From assembly GCA_963777505.1 (NCBI GenBank), contig CAVZQN010000004.1:1664001-1728000 (forward strand): DNA of 64,000 nt, written 5' to 3'. The translations under genes were made by a program, and so were the position numbers. The notes beneath the pieces are model-generated. The model did not search any database and was not told the DNA's origin. It worked only from the letters and a program-made list of their open reading frames with translations. Position 1 is the first letter of the stretch, and the number at the start of each line of letters is the position of its first letter. This DNA comes from an uncultured bacterium (GTDB lineage Bacteria > Acidobacteriota > HRBIN11 > JAKEFK01). Below, one piece after another: positions 29,434 through 39,925 of the stretch.

Positions 29434-31029
29434 TTACTCCATATCTGACATAAAGATTGGCGGATGATGGAGCATTGTTATTTCCGCAGTTCGTCCCATG
29501 TGACTGCGAGCCATATAAATCGCCTCTGTTAAAGTTGAAGCCCGGTCCCACCCGAGCATTTCAGGCACGTATGTATTGCCTGCAACAGCAATGATTTTGC
29601 TGTAATGTTTTCTGCCATTTTCTGCCCAATACCACATAAAAAATGGATGCGCTCCATGATATGCATTCCCGCGCCGATACATTTGTATGTAATTTGGATC
29701 ATGCGCGAATTCCAGCTCATATTTCTCTCTGAGTTCAAAACTATCTTTTGTTTCAGGCAAAAGCCGGTGAAAAAATTCTATATAACTTGGATGAAAATTC
29801 GGATCAAATTCGTCATAGCATGGATGAGTCAGAATCAAAACGCCGCCTTTTTTTGCGACAGGTTTGTTCCGGTACATGTTATGGAAGTATCCAGGCCCCA
29901 TCACCTGAACGAGTATAGGATTCAAAATCGAATTTACGTTGTATGGAGAGATGTAAGGAATGCCAGTGATAACAATATCGGCTTGTCCTTTTACAGGTAC
30001 TGAATATTGCTCGAAACAATGTTGCAGGATTTTTTCATGAACAAGCTCAGTCTTGCCCGCATAACAAGCGATCATCTTGTAGTTTGAAGGAATTTGAAAA
30101 AACATTTTGCGCTTTGCAGCACGCGGAAGTTTTTCGAGCGTTGCTTTTGTTAAATTGAACAATGCCCAATCACTTTCTTTAAAGTGGTCCTCATTTTTAT
30201 TAAGAAAGCTCATCGGGCCAAGAAACATGTCGTTGTTCAGCGCTGTTTCAATGTGAAAAACATTCATATGCTGATCGACGATTTTGCCCATCCGTTCACA
30301 TTTTCTGCTGAGCTCTGATTTTGCGGGGTCCATGTAACTATCAGAATCGATGATCGTTTGCGGTTCATGATGCGGTCTTAGACTTTCATAATCGCAAAGT
30401 CCGACAGTGACTGATTTATGCCCGCCATCCATAGGAACGAGATTGATGTTGATATAAATTACGAGATCACTTTCTGCGGCTCGCCTGTTGATATTGACCG
30501 GTTCGTGATGACGGGTTTCACCCAGATTGACGATTCCTTCAGGATCTTCGGCGTCGTGACAATAATAGCGATCAGGAAAATAAGCCTTGTGAATTTTTGA
30601 ACCGACGGTGCGTTTCATTTCGCCTTCAGTCATTTTGCGATGTAGCGAATTTGCAATGATGATGTGAATATCTTCGACACCGTGACCGGTCAGCATATCA
30701 AGAACAATTTCGAGAACTTGCTGACGCACATCGGGCGTCTTCATCGGTGGAAGGGGAAGGCTAATATCATCCAGAGCTATCGTGACTTTCATGCCAGGAA
30801 AGAGTTGGGCGTGTAATGGATCACTGCCAAGAGGACGGTTTAATGCGTATCGAATTGCTGCTTCAGGGTTCGGCAAACCTGCGATTGGAGCTTTAGGATA
30901 AATAACGCGAGTTCCGATCGGCAAATCTTCAAGCAGAAAATCTTCACCATAATGAAGAATTCTAGGTTCAGAGTCGCTATCAATGTATGTAATATTTTCT
31001 TCAAGACGGCGACGAAGTATTAAACTCAT
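29434..31029 (-). CDS. elbC: LarA N-terminal (DUF2088) domain protein, ElbC-like
   Basis: [50 protein letters not shown]; directly downstream of the HAD-IB gene. Confidence 0.7.
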   Translation of the reverse strand: MSLILRRRLEENITYIDSDSEPRILHYGEDFLLEDLPIGTRVIYPKAPIAGLPNPEAAIRYALNRPLGSDPLHAQLFPGMKVTIALDDISLPLPPMKTPDVRQQVLEIVLDMLTGHGVEDIHIIIANSLHRKMTEGEMKRTVGSKIHKAYFPDRYYCHDAEDPEGIVNLGETRHHEPVNINRRAAESDLVIYININLVPMDGGHKSVTVGLCDYESLRPHHEPQTIIDSDSYMDPAKSELSRKCERMGKIVDQHMNVFHIETALNNDMFLGPMSFLNKNEDHFKESDWALFNLTKATLEKLPRAAKRKMFFQIPSNYKMIACYAGKTELVHEKILQHCFEQYSVPVKGQADIVITGIPYISPYNVNSILNPILVQVMGPGYFHNMYRNKPVAKKGGVLILTHPCYDEFDPNFHPSYIEFFHRLLPETKDSFELREKYELEFAHDPNYIQMYRRGNAYHGAHPFFMWYWAENGRKHYSKIIAVAGNTYVPEMLGWDRASTLTEAIYMARSHMGRTAEITMLHHPPIFMSDME

Positions 31030-31036
31030 TTTCTTC

Positions 31037-31732
31037 TTACCTCAAATCCAATATTGGCCAATGACTAGAAACTGCTGTGCTCTTCAACCGAAAATCAGGA
31101 TGAACCGCTGTCGGGTGACCTACTACAGATAACATTGGTAAATCACTAATACTATCTGTATAGCAGTAACTGTCACTCAAACTCAAGCCCTCTTTTTCAG
31201 CATAAGAACGGATCCAGGAGGCTTTTGAAGCATTTGCCATGACCGGAGGCAGCAGTCTACCTGTTGCAAATCCGTCGACAAACTCAAGGCGGTTCGTGAT
31301 CCAATCGTCGATTTTCAGATGACGGGCAAGAGGCGCCACCGTTGTGTCGAGTGCCCCTGTTACTATGACCTGTCTTAAGCCCAGACTTCGCGACTTTTCA
31401 ATCAGATCGTAAGCGCCTGGATAGATCGAAGGCAGAATCACATCTTCAAATAATTCCTCGGATAGAAACCGGATCCTATCTTCGGATTCGCCTTTGTACA
31501 TCTTAAAAAATAATTCCTGAAAGGCGGTCCGGCTGTAGGCGTCCGTTGCGAGGAAGGCAGGGACTGCAGAAAAGACGCTGGCAGTTTTGCGGATACTCCG
31601 CAAAATACCTTGCTGATTGCGGGCTTGAAAGAACAAGACATGTACGAGATTCGTTTTTACGAGCGTGCCATCCAGGTCGTAAAATGCTGCAGCCGCCCGC
31701 TTTGACTTCGGTGCCCGTCTTGCACTCCTCAT
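31037..31732 (-). CDS. elbB: HAD superfamily IB hydrolase, ElbB-like
   Basis: [15 protein letters not shown], conserved [26 protein letters not shown] 31732 chosen because the upstream in-frame stretch is the tail of the glycosyltransferase. Confidence 0.75.
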   Translation of the reverse strand: MRSARRAPKSKRAAAAFYDLDGTLVKTNLVHVLFFQARNQQGILRSIRKTASVFSAVPAFLATDAYSRTAFQELFFKMYKGESEDRIRFLSEELFEDVILPSIYPGAYDLIEKSRSLGLRQVIVTGALDTTVAPLARHLKIDDWITNRLEFVDGFATGRLLPPVMANASKASWIRSYAEKEGLSLSDSYCYTDSISDLPMLSVVGHPTAVHPDFRLKSTAVSSHWPILDLR

Positions 31733-31776
31733 AAACCGCCTATTATAAACCACAAAGCCTCTTCGTGCCTCTGCGG

Positions 31777-33427
31777 TTAAAAAGATTCTCTTCGCTTTGT
31801 AAATGCGCACCGATCGGTCCAATGATTTCGTGCGGGATGGAAATTCATGGAGGACATCATAGGTCCCGGGAATTTTGTTGAATAAGTCTTCAGTCACACA
31901 AACATATTCATAATTCTTGACGTTTTTGGGATTCATGAACTCACCATACGAAAGGTAACGTACATTGTAACGATCGCCGGGAATTGTTGGACCTGTTGGA
32001 TCCGATAAAATTTGCGAGCCTTGCGGATATTTTTCTCAATCCAGGTGATTACTTCCTTCGGCTGCAAAATTTTAGCTGCTTCAGAATAGTGCTGAAACGA
32101 ATTCACGGCCGGTTGCGCTATTAACAATGCGAGTGCCGCAGGTGCAACTGCATGGCTCCAGCTTTGAACGGACTTCGGTTTAGCTTTGATCCACTCAACA
32201 ATCGCATCGTAATCCTTCACCTGCAAGAATTGAAAGCAAAGGAATGATTGGAAGCAGATAACGGGGAAATCCGGCAGCGTAGGATCCGATTGTTAAAAGA
32301 TAGAGAAGAGGGAAGCTCCACAGAATCAGCAAGCGGTTGGATGTAATAATGCGCGGCAATGTTAGTAAAGCTAGAACAAATGCTACGATTCCAATTCCAT
32401 CCCCCATCAGTGTAAACGAATATTCTAACGACCGATTTGGAACGCTGCTCCAGTGATTCGGATTAAGATGGTAAAGTGCAGTCGGGAACAAGTCTAAGAA
32501 TCGATTTAAATTGGCAAATACAAAAAAATTGGTGATGAAATAAACAACACCTGCGCAAAAAAAGCCTAGCAGTAAATTCCAATTTATCCATTTTTCTTTT
32601 TTCGATAACGCATGGGTGATCACCAATGAAACTAAAATTGGTGTAACCGTAGATTTTGTACCGATCGCAAGGCCACACAGAATCCCCGCAAAAACATAAT
32701 TGATCGATAATGGTTCATCTAGAATTTTGAAAAAGAACCAGTGTGCAAGCAGTATCCACAAAGCAAGCACAACATCAACACGGATCAAGTGGGCTGTCAT
32801 AAAAGACAGTGTCGAAAATGTTAAAACGAGCGCTGCACTAATTGCCGTTATTTTTCCGAAGTATTTGCGAGCGAAAACATAAGTACAAGCTACAGTTACA
32901 ACGCTGAAAAAAGCGGTAGCGAGTCGTCCGGCAGTATAGTATTCAACCTCGGGAATTTGATTTACAGCACGATATTTGAAATTTTTGATCAGGCTGAGAG
33001 TCGTTAGGACAAAGACAATCAGAAGAATATAAAAATAAACTCCACCGTATTCGTATCTCTGGAAATCATATGTGCCGGTTCGCAACATATGAAGCACAGC
33101 ATCCACCAAAATAGGTTCATCGATTGTGGGCCCGGAGAGAGCACGTTCGTTGATTCCTTTAAACCGGAGATATGCGGCGACTCCAATGATTCCTGAAAAG
33201 ATTGCTGCTTCTACGATGAAGTCTCGTTTAATATTTTGGAAAGCTTTCCGGGAATGCAGAATACAAATTGCAAAAAGGATCATCGCGAGAGTGGAGCTAA
33301 AAAGCCAGTCCTCTAATACAAGATTGAGGGGCCAACCACCGAAGAGGATTGTGATCACCAGATAGGCTAGCACCAGAGGAAAGAGGATGAATTTGAAGCT
33401 TCTTGAATCAGATTTTGGAGGGAGCAT
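31777..33427 (-). pseudogene. ArnT/PMT-like (GT-C) membrane glycosyltransferase (~550 aa), frameshifted near 32212 and 32025
   Basis: IDEP, AGRLATAFFS, RVDV, GLAIGTKS, PRYLLPIIP. The frames join as LAGEG / YDAIVEW...WIEKNI / PQGSQILSD...MNPKNVKNYEYV. The 3' end is uncertain. Confidence 0.7.
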
Positions 33428-33927
33428 TACCCGGCGCCTGAAACCTTCTTTCTATCTGAGAGTAATTGCCTGATACGGTCCCTGTGATCTTCTTCGTGGG
33501 TATAAGCGAATTCAGAGATCCATTCTGAAACGGGATAGCGATGTTTTGGATTATTGATTTCAGCGGCTGGTAATTTTTTTATTCGTTCAACCAATTCTGT
33601 TCTTATTTTGGCGCCTTCGCGTAGCAGCTGGTTCATCGAAACCGTTCTGTACTTAGAAACTGCGCGCGCATTAAAGCGATTTGAAACTCCCATGTCGTCA
33701 TAGTAATAAACTCGATCGCCATGGCCGGCAAGAATAAGATCAAGACGTTTACAAGCTTCATTCTCCCAGGCAACAATATGTGCGAACGTATCTTTAATCG
33801 ACCATTTGCCTTGAGTTGCAGGTTTAATCATCATCCGCGCGTTAATTTGAGTGAATAATTTCAAGGTTGCGGTTCGTGAGGTTCGCATTTTGCGGAGAGT
33901 ATTCCGGCGCCACTTCTCTGCATCCAT
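33427..33927 (-). CDS. DinB/ClbS-like four-helix-bundle protein
   Basis: WSIKDTFAHIVAWE and HEEDH. Confidence 0.82.
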   Translation of the reverse strand: MDAEKWRRNTLRKMRTSRTATLKLFTQINARMMIKPATQGKWSIKDTFAHIVAWENEACKRLDLILAGHGDRVYYYDDMGVSNRFNARAVSKYRTVSMNQLLREGAKIRTELVERIKKLPAAEINNPKHRYPVSEWISEFAYTHEEDHRDRIRQLLSDRKKVSGAG

Positions 33928-33957
33928 ATTACATATTCTACATGATTGCTACATGAA

Positions 33958-34845
33958 TTAATTCTGTGACTTTGCGGTTCCGGATTTTATAGCGGCGTCA
34001 CGTACCTTAGGATTTGGATCACTTACGCTGAGCTGTTTGATTTGCTCATTTAATTCCGGTTTTGCCAGTTTCGATGAAGCCTTTATAGCGTTAATCATTA
34101 ATTCTTCTTTACGTTCTTCTGTAAGGCTCTTAAAGCTGTCGAGATATTTGCGTTGCATCAAATCCATTAGCACAGAACTGCCTGCATCATTGTTCAAACG
34201 CGTAAGAGCGATCGCCGAATTCCATCGAACTTCAGGCTCCGTGTCATCAAGATGCGCTTGTAATGGAGCAACCGAACGTTCATCTCCAAGGGCTCCTAAA
34301 ACATATGCGCTGATGATTCGAATTCCGTTATCCTGGCTTTCAAGTGTCTCAATGATTTTTGGTGTGGATTCCCGGTCTCCAATATTTCCAATGGCCCAGA
34401 TTGAATAAAAGGCTGTTTGCGAATCTTCATCTTGAATCGCTTCGTGCAAGGCTGGGACAGCTCTTGGATCCTGTAATCCTCCCATTGCAAGCGCAAGATA
34501 CCGCCTGATCTGTGGATCTTTACCTTTTTCATTTTTGAAGATCAGCATAATTTCAGGCAGCTCTTTTTTTGCGTCTGCTCTGTAATCTCGATTTGGGTTG
34601 GCGAGTAAATTTGAAAGATGATATGCCGCTTGCCATCGTTCGGATTGGCTTCCAGTTCGAATATCGTAGAGATAATCGCGCACCGATTTTTCCTTCAGTG
34701 CCATATTTCCAAAAAGCACAATAACAAAAACAATAATTCCCACAAGAATTAATGGAACAACGACAAAACGGAACAAAACCAAAATCCCTTTTTCTTTTCG
34801 CTGTTCCTCCGCACTTTCCAGTGGAGGTTGAATATCATCATTCAT
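33958..34845 (-). CDS. Membrane-anchored HEAT-repeat protein
   Basis: One TM helix, then repeats such as IRRYLALAMG, SAYVLGALGD, VRWNSAIAL, DPNPKVRDAA. Start at ATG 34845. Confidence 0.82.
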   Translation of the reverse strand: MNDDIQPPLESAEEQRKEKGILVLFRFVVVPLILVGIIVFVIVLFGNMALKEKSVRDYLYDIRTGSQSERWQAAYHLSNLLANPNRDYRADAKKELPEIMLIFKNEKGKDPQIRRYLALAMGGLQDPRAVPALHEAIQDEDSQTAFYSIWAIGNIGDRESTPKIIETLESQDNGIRIISAYVLGALGDERSVAPLQAHLDDTEPEVRWNSAIALTRLNNDAGSSVLMDLMQRKYLDSFKSLTEERKEELMINAIKASSKLAKPELNEQIKQLSVSDPNPKVRDAAIKSGTAKSQN

Positions 34846-35002
34846 TGTGAGATTCCTTATAATTTTTTTCTGCCCGGTGAATGCTCCATTGAAATGCAAG
34901 CCAGGCGCACACACTCAGACTTAACGAAATCAGTAAGATGGCTAAATTCGACTTCAGCATTGGGGTAAAATTCTTACCGCTAAGGCGCAGAGATGCGAGG
35001 AT

Positions 35003-37930
35003 TTACTGCGTTCCGGCACTTTGAGACGTCGCTTCAGTTGATGAACCGGGAACCGCATGCGCAACGCTGGGTTCAAACCATGCAGCTTCTTCGGGACTCA
35101 AAATAGAGTCTTGATTCCCTCTGCCAAGGCTGTAAATATAATTTCGGATCGCTTCTTTCTGCAAATGTGGATCGCCATTCAATACATTTGGTAAAGCTGC
35201 TTCAGGGAAAAAGTCAGGCATTCGTGTTCCTGGTTGCAACTTTTGCGGATCTTCCAACCATTTCAAAATCCAATCTGCGCGCAATCGTGTTTGGGATAGT
35301 GTTAGATCCGGTGCTAGATCTGCCGAAGCTCTACCCGGAGGTGCGACTCCACCGACTACGTGACATGTAGAACATTGAAATGTTGTAAATACTCCTTGTC
35401 CTTCCGCTAAATGTTTTGTGAATTCAGGTGGACTGTTAAATGGTCCTGTTTTTGACGCAGCCATAAAGTATTGAACAAGTGTATTTGCTTCTTCATCAGA
35501 CAACCTGAAATTCGGCATCCTTACTTTTAACCACGGTCGAATTGTCCCAGGTGCTTTTAAAAATTCAAAAAGCCAATCAGATTGAGCCTTTTCACCTTCC
35601 GCTATGAGTAGAGGCGGCTGCATACCTTCCTCTGTTATTACTTCTTTTATTTCACCACCCCAGCCATCAATGTTGTGGCATGCAATACAATTCTTTTGAA
35701 CAACCAGCCATTTTCCACGTTCAGCAACTTGTTCGTTATCGGCTAACACATCCTGTGATTCTGCAGGGACGCGTTCGTTTGTGAGTCCCATGATTAACAT
35801 TGTCAACGATGCTGTTTCTTCCGGAGTGAAATCAAAATTCGGCATGATTAATTTTTCATCCCACCGTTTTACGCGTTCTTTATCGAACGACCGTGGGTCA
35901 TGCAGCTTTTGATGAATGTAAGCAGGAACTGAGTGTTCGATGGGAACAAAACCAAAATCAAATTTTGTAACTTTCTTGCTTCCTTCTTCAGAAAGAGATG
36001 TTCCGATTCCTTTTGCTGTTTCAAATCCCGGGATCAAATGGCAGCCGGCACAGCCATATCGCGAAATTGTTCTTTCGCCCAAAAACATCCATCGTTCCTG
36101 TTCCGGCATCTTGTTGTATTGTTCGTCCGCACCAAGTCCATACTGCCGTTTAAGATGGAAAACAATTTCATCCTTCAAATATTTCTCTTGTAAGGCTGGT
36201 ACTTTTTCTGCCTCCCACGCTGTATCACGAATCGACAACAAATAAGCAGTAATATCGTTTGCTTCCTGGTCCGTGAGTTTCATATTCGGCATACGAGTTT
36301 GCGGAGAATAATGGCGAGGTTCACGCAACCAGTTATAAAGCCATGTTGAATTTGTCTTTGAGCCCAGCTTTACCAGGGGCGGACCGAATCTGCGTCGCGT
36401 ATCGGCGTGCGCTGGTTTTTCATTTTCCATTAAATGACAACCGACACAGCCAATTTCTTTAACAAGTGTTTGTCCGTTTGCTGCATTTCCAGAAACTGTT
36501 ACCGGCTGATATTCAAGTTGATCTGACTTGGCAAACAAGTATTCAACCATTGAGCGAATTTCGACTTCATTTCGCGCAACATCTTCCGGATCGCTGTTGT
36601 TTGAATTTAAGAAATACTTGGGCATCCGCGTTGTTGGACGGAATGCTTTTGGATTCCTGATCCATTTGAACGCCCAATCTTTTGTTACCTTGCTGCTGAT
36701 TCGTCTTAGATCAGGTCCGACTTTGGGTAAATTCTCAAATCCTTTTGTTACATGACATCCGTTACAGCCATTTTCAATAAACAGCATTCTAGCTTTGTTG
36801 ATTTTGTCGCCACCTGGAATTTGAGCCACACCTTGATGACACTTAACGCAGGAAGCTTCAACCATGTCGCTTTCATACATGGGAAATTCCCAGTGATGCT
36901 TTTTATGCCAATGTAATTCTTTTTCCCAACGTTTTTTCTCTTCTTCATTGGTAGGCATATGAGCGACACCAATGAAGTCAGTGGAGCGGCCGCGTCCCGC
37001 ATGACACGATGTACAACCGAATCGATCCATCGGATGTTTCGAAGTGCTGCCTACAAAAATATCAAGGCGCGGATGTGAAACAAAAGGCTGCTCGATCGTT
37101 TTGCGATCATAGTCTGGCACTTTTTCGCCTTGAACATATCCTTCTTGATCAATGGCTGCATGACAGGTCATACAACGATCGACTCGAGGAATGCTGATAA
37201 AGTTCAAATCTTCATGAATGTTATCAATAACCACTTGCTGAATCTTAATTGAAGGTCCGATGAAATCGACCAAAGGAAGATTGCGGAAAATATTTGCTAC
37301 TGATGCTGAAAGATTGGTTTCTTTTCGAATCATTCGATCGCGTTTAGTAGTCAGTTTGGTAAGCTCTTTCTCAAGTTCAGCTTGACGTTTGGTAAAATCC
37401 TCAACGCGTTTTTCAATCGCAGTCTTTTTATCGTTTACCTCATCCAACTTGAACTGCAGAGCCTGCATTTCATTAAAGCTTCGATCGAGGTTTTCTTTTC
37501 TTTTCGGAACAGTTTTTGGGTGATTGGCGACGGCTTCTTCATAGTCATACCGATTTGCTTCATATTCTGCTTTTTTAAAGCGGAACGACTGGTCGGCCCT
37601 GTACCAGATCCCTTGTATGTCCGCCAGTTCCTTCTGTGTCTTTTCGTAATCAGCTTTTTGTTGATCAAGCTGGGCCTTTGCAGCGTCCATTTCTTGCGAA
37701 ACTTTTACATATTCAGGATTGCCTTGCAGGTTGGCGGATTCTTGTGCAATCTGCGCCTTCGTGCGAGCTCTTTCGAGGCGTCGAAAATCCGCCTGTGTGC
37801 GTTTCCAGTCACGATTAAAATCCTGCCACAACATCCATGCGAAAAATGCGAAAAGGATGATACTTGAAATCGCAAAAAACATGTTTAAGCGATTTATGTC
37901 GTATGCGTGATCAGTATCTCGTTTTGCCAT
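35003..37930 (-). CDS. Membrane-anchored octaheme cytochrome c associated with the Rieske/cytochrome b complex
   Basis: N-terminal TM, long coiled-coil-like region, eight CxxCH (CMTCH, CTSCH, CVKCH, CNGCH, CVGCH, CAGCH, CIACH, CSTCH) and several RMP axial-Met motifs. Confidence 0.88.
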   Translation of the reverse strand: MAKRDTDHAYDINRLNMFFAISSIILFAFFAWMLWQDFNRDWKRTQADFRRLERARTKAQIAQESANLQGNPEYVKVSQEMDAAKAQLDQQKADYEKTQKELADIQGIWYRADQSFRFKKAEYEANRYDYEEAVANHPKTVPKRKENLDRSFNEMQALQFKLDEVNDKKTAIEKRVEDFTKRQAELEKELTKLTTKRDRMIRKETNLSASVANIFRNLPLVDFIGPSIKIQQVVIDNIHEDLNFISIPRVDRCMTCHAAIDQEGYVQGEKVPDYDRKTIEQPFVSHPRLDIFVGSTSKHPMDRFGCTSCHAGRGRSTDFIGVAHMPTNEEEKKRWEKELHWHKKHHWEFPMYESDMVEASCVKCHQGVAQIPGGDKINKARMLFIENGCNGCHVTKGFENLPKVGPDLRRISSKVTKDWAFKWIRNPKAFRPTTRMPKYFLNSNNSDPEDVARNEVEIRSMVEYLFAKSDQLEYQPVTVSGNAANGQTLVKEIGCVGCHLMENEKPAHADTRRRFGPPLVKLGSKTNSTWLYNWLREPRHYSPQTRMPNMKLTDQEANDITAYLLSIRDTAWEAEKVPALQEKYLKDEIVFHLKRQYGLGADEQYNKMPEQERWMFLGERTISRYGCAGCHLIPGFETAKGIGTSLSEEGSKKVTKFDFGFVPIEHSVPAYIHQKLHDPRSFDKERVKRWDEKLIMPNFDFTPEETASLTMLIMGLTNERVPAESQDVLADNEQVAERGKWLVVQKNCIACHNIDGWGGEIKEVITEEGMQPPLLIAEGEKAQSDWLFEFLKAPGTIRPWLKVRMPNFRLSDEEANTLVQYFMAASKTGPFNSPPEFTKHLAEGQGVFTTFQCSTCHVVGGVAPPGRASADLAPDLTLSQTRLRADWILKWLEDPQKLQPGTRMPDFFPEAALPNVLNGDPHLQKEAIRNYIYSLGRGNQDSILSPEEAAWFEPSVAHAVPGSSTEATSQSAGTQ

Positions 37931-37960
37931 AATTTTTTATTTACCGCAAAGGCACAAAGT

Positions 37961-39034
37961 TTATATATTGAAGAACGCCTCTGGAATCGCGATGATGTAT
38001 TTCAAATTGAATAACCATCGCAGGTACATTTTCACAGGCAAAGCTAACATCGCCAAAAACAGAATTGCACCGATGTAATATCGTGCAGGACCCATTTTTA
38101 CGTAAAAACGCTTGAATAATGTTTTGGCAAGAACCACAGGTAGCACAAACATATAGATTGCGGACAAAACAAATCCGACGATTTCGCGTAGCCACCATTG
38201 ACTCGGTAAAGCCTGTCCCAACATCATTACCCAAAAATATTCAGACAAATTTACGTTGTTCAAAACTAATACTTTGTGAACATCCCAATATTCATAAGGA
38301 CCGAAAAAGTTCCAGTTTGGACCGCGCAAAAACGTTCCAAGGATAATCAGCAAGACCCACAGAATCACAAACCCAAAAAGAAAAATCGAAATTTCCCATT
38401 TCCTTTCTTTAAAAGTGTAGTAGCCGCTTCCTTTGGGGTTAACATCGATGAAAGGAATTGCCATAAGGCCAAAGATGATCAAACTTGGAAAAACGACACC
38501 TGCGAGCCATGGATCGTAATAGACAAGCATTTCCTGAAGACCAAGAAAATACCATGGAGCTTTCGATGGATTTGGCGAATCTGCAGGATTTGCAGGCGCT
38601 TCAAGTGGCGCCTTCAATACGATTGCCCAGACCGTTAAAATTGCAGAACAAATGACGAGGCAGATCATTTCCGTATAAACAAGATTTGGCCAGACCAGAA
38701 CTTTTTCGTTATCTTCTGCTTCTTTAACAGGCAGCGATTGATCTAAGCGATCATCATTCGCTTTTGCTTTGTACAATGCATACCAAACAAAAAAACCAAC
38801 CAGAAAAAGCATGCCCACAATCGGAACGTTGTCAGGTGCTGACACAATCTTTCGAAAATTTGGGTCTTGAACGCTAAGAATGAAAAATAAAACAGCGCCC
38901 GCAAATAGAATTTTTGCTGGAAGAGGTTTCCAGAGCGAACGAATGTTGACTGCAACCAACAAAACGATCATCGAAGTCGTGATTAAGACTTCCGGTTTCG
39001 CAAGTAAATTAACAATACCTTTGAGGAATTCCAT
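37961..39034 (-). CDS. Cytochrome b C-terminal / subunit IV-like protein with extra TM helices
   Basis: VWPNL, PANPADSPNPSKAPWYFLGLQE (APWY where PEWY is expected), IPFID. Confidence 0.82.
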   Translation of the reverse strand: MEFLKGIVNLLAKPEVLITTSMIVLLVAVNIRSLWKPLPAKILFAGAVLFFILSVQDPNFRKIVSAPDNVPIVGMLFLVGFFVWYALYKAKANDDRLDQSLPVKEAEDNEKVLVWPNLVYTEMICLVICSAILTVWAIVLKAPLEAPANPADSPNPSKAPWYFLGLQEMLVYYDPWLAGVVFPSLIIFGLMAIPFIDVNPKGSGYYTFKERKWEISIFLFGFVILWVLLIILGTFLRGPNWNFFGPYEYWDVHKVLVLNNVNLSEYFWVMMLGQALPSQWWLREIVGFVLSAIYMFVLPVVLAKTLFKRFYVKMGPARYYIGAILFLAMLALPVKMYLRWLFNLKYIIAIPEAFFNI

Positions 39035-39043
39035 TTGTTCCTC

Positions 39044-39832
39044 CTACATAGGTCCTGAGATTCCGCCATCTTTGCGGACGCGCCAGAAATGTACAGCCAT
39101 CAATACGCTAGCGACAACAGGAATTGCTACGCAGTGCAAAACATAAAAACGAAGAAGTGCACCTGCTCCGACAAATCGTCCTCCCAGCAATGCAAAGCGC
39201 GCATCATCGCCTGCATGAACCATTGCAAGATCACCGATTTTCAGCAAACTTGCGCCAGGTCCTTCATGACCTAAAAAGGGCGTAGCTCGCGCCATGTTAG
39301 ATCCAACAGTGATTGCCCAGATTGCAAGCTGATCCCATGGCAGCAAGTATCCGGTAAAGCTGAGCAAAAGAGTCAACACAAGCAGAATAACACCAATGAT
39401 CCAGTTGAACTCGCGTGGTGGTTTGTAACTGCCCGTTAGAAACACACGTAACATGTGTAACCAGACTGTGATGACCATTGCGTGAGCGCCCCATCTGTGA
39501 AGTTCGCGCATCACTCCAAGCGGCACCTGTTCACCCAGTTCAACAATGTCCATGTATGCATATTCAAGAGTTGGACGGTAATAGAACATTAATAAAAGTC
39601 CTGTAAACACTTCCACAAGGAACAAGAAAAATGTAAGGCCGCCCATACACCATGTATATCCCAATGCAATTCCTGATTTGCGAATTCGCACAGGATGCAA
39701 ATGTAAAAAGACATTGTTTAATACCGCGAGCGCGCGGCCGCGTGTATCTTTTGGAACTGCATGGCGGAAAATCGATTTCCAAACTTGTGAACGGGTTATT
39801 TGCGACCAGATGCCTCGTTTCGGTGGCGCCAT
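39044..39832 (-). CDS. petB: Cytochrome b6-like N-terminal subunit
   Basis: WCMGG (heme ci Cys position), HRWGAH...[25 protein letters not shown], 14 residues between the helix D histidines, C-terminal GISGPM. Start at ATG 39832. Confidence 0.88.
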   Translation of the reverse strand: MAPPKRGIWSQITRSQVWKSIFRHAVPKDTRGRALAVLNNVFLHLHPVRIRKSGIALGYTWCMGGLTFFLFLVEVFTGLLLMFYYRPTLEYAYMDIVELGEQVPLGVMRELHRWGAHAMVITVWLHMLRVFLTGSYKPPREFNWIIGVILLVLTLLLSFTGYLLPWDQLAIWAITVGSNMARATPFLGHEGPGASLLKIGDLAMVHAGDDARFALLGGRFVGAGALLRFYVLHCVAIPVVASVLMAVHFWRVRKDGGISGPM

Positions 39833-39853
39833 ATGACTTCCCTCTATAAGCTG

Positions 39854-39907
39854 TGGTAGGGGCCGGTCTTGTGCCGGCCCGGGCGGCCACAAGGGCCGCC
39901 CCTACCA
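39854..39907. repeat. GTAG-type REP doublet inside the Rieske/cytochrome b operon
   Basis: TGGTAGGGGCCGGTCTTGTGCCGGCCC GGGCGGCCACAAGGGCCGCCCCTACCA. Confidence 0.85.
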
Positions 39908-39925
39908 TCTAAATGGTAGAGATCA

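Noticed and set aside
32195-32197. Selenocysteine read-through at the glycosyltransferase TGA
   Set aside because: The TGA lies in an out-of-frame stretch between two compensating indels; the plausible protein continues in another frame.
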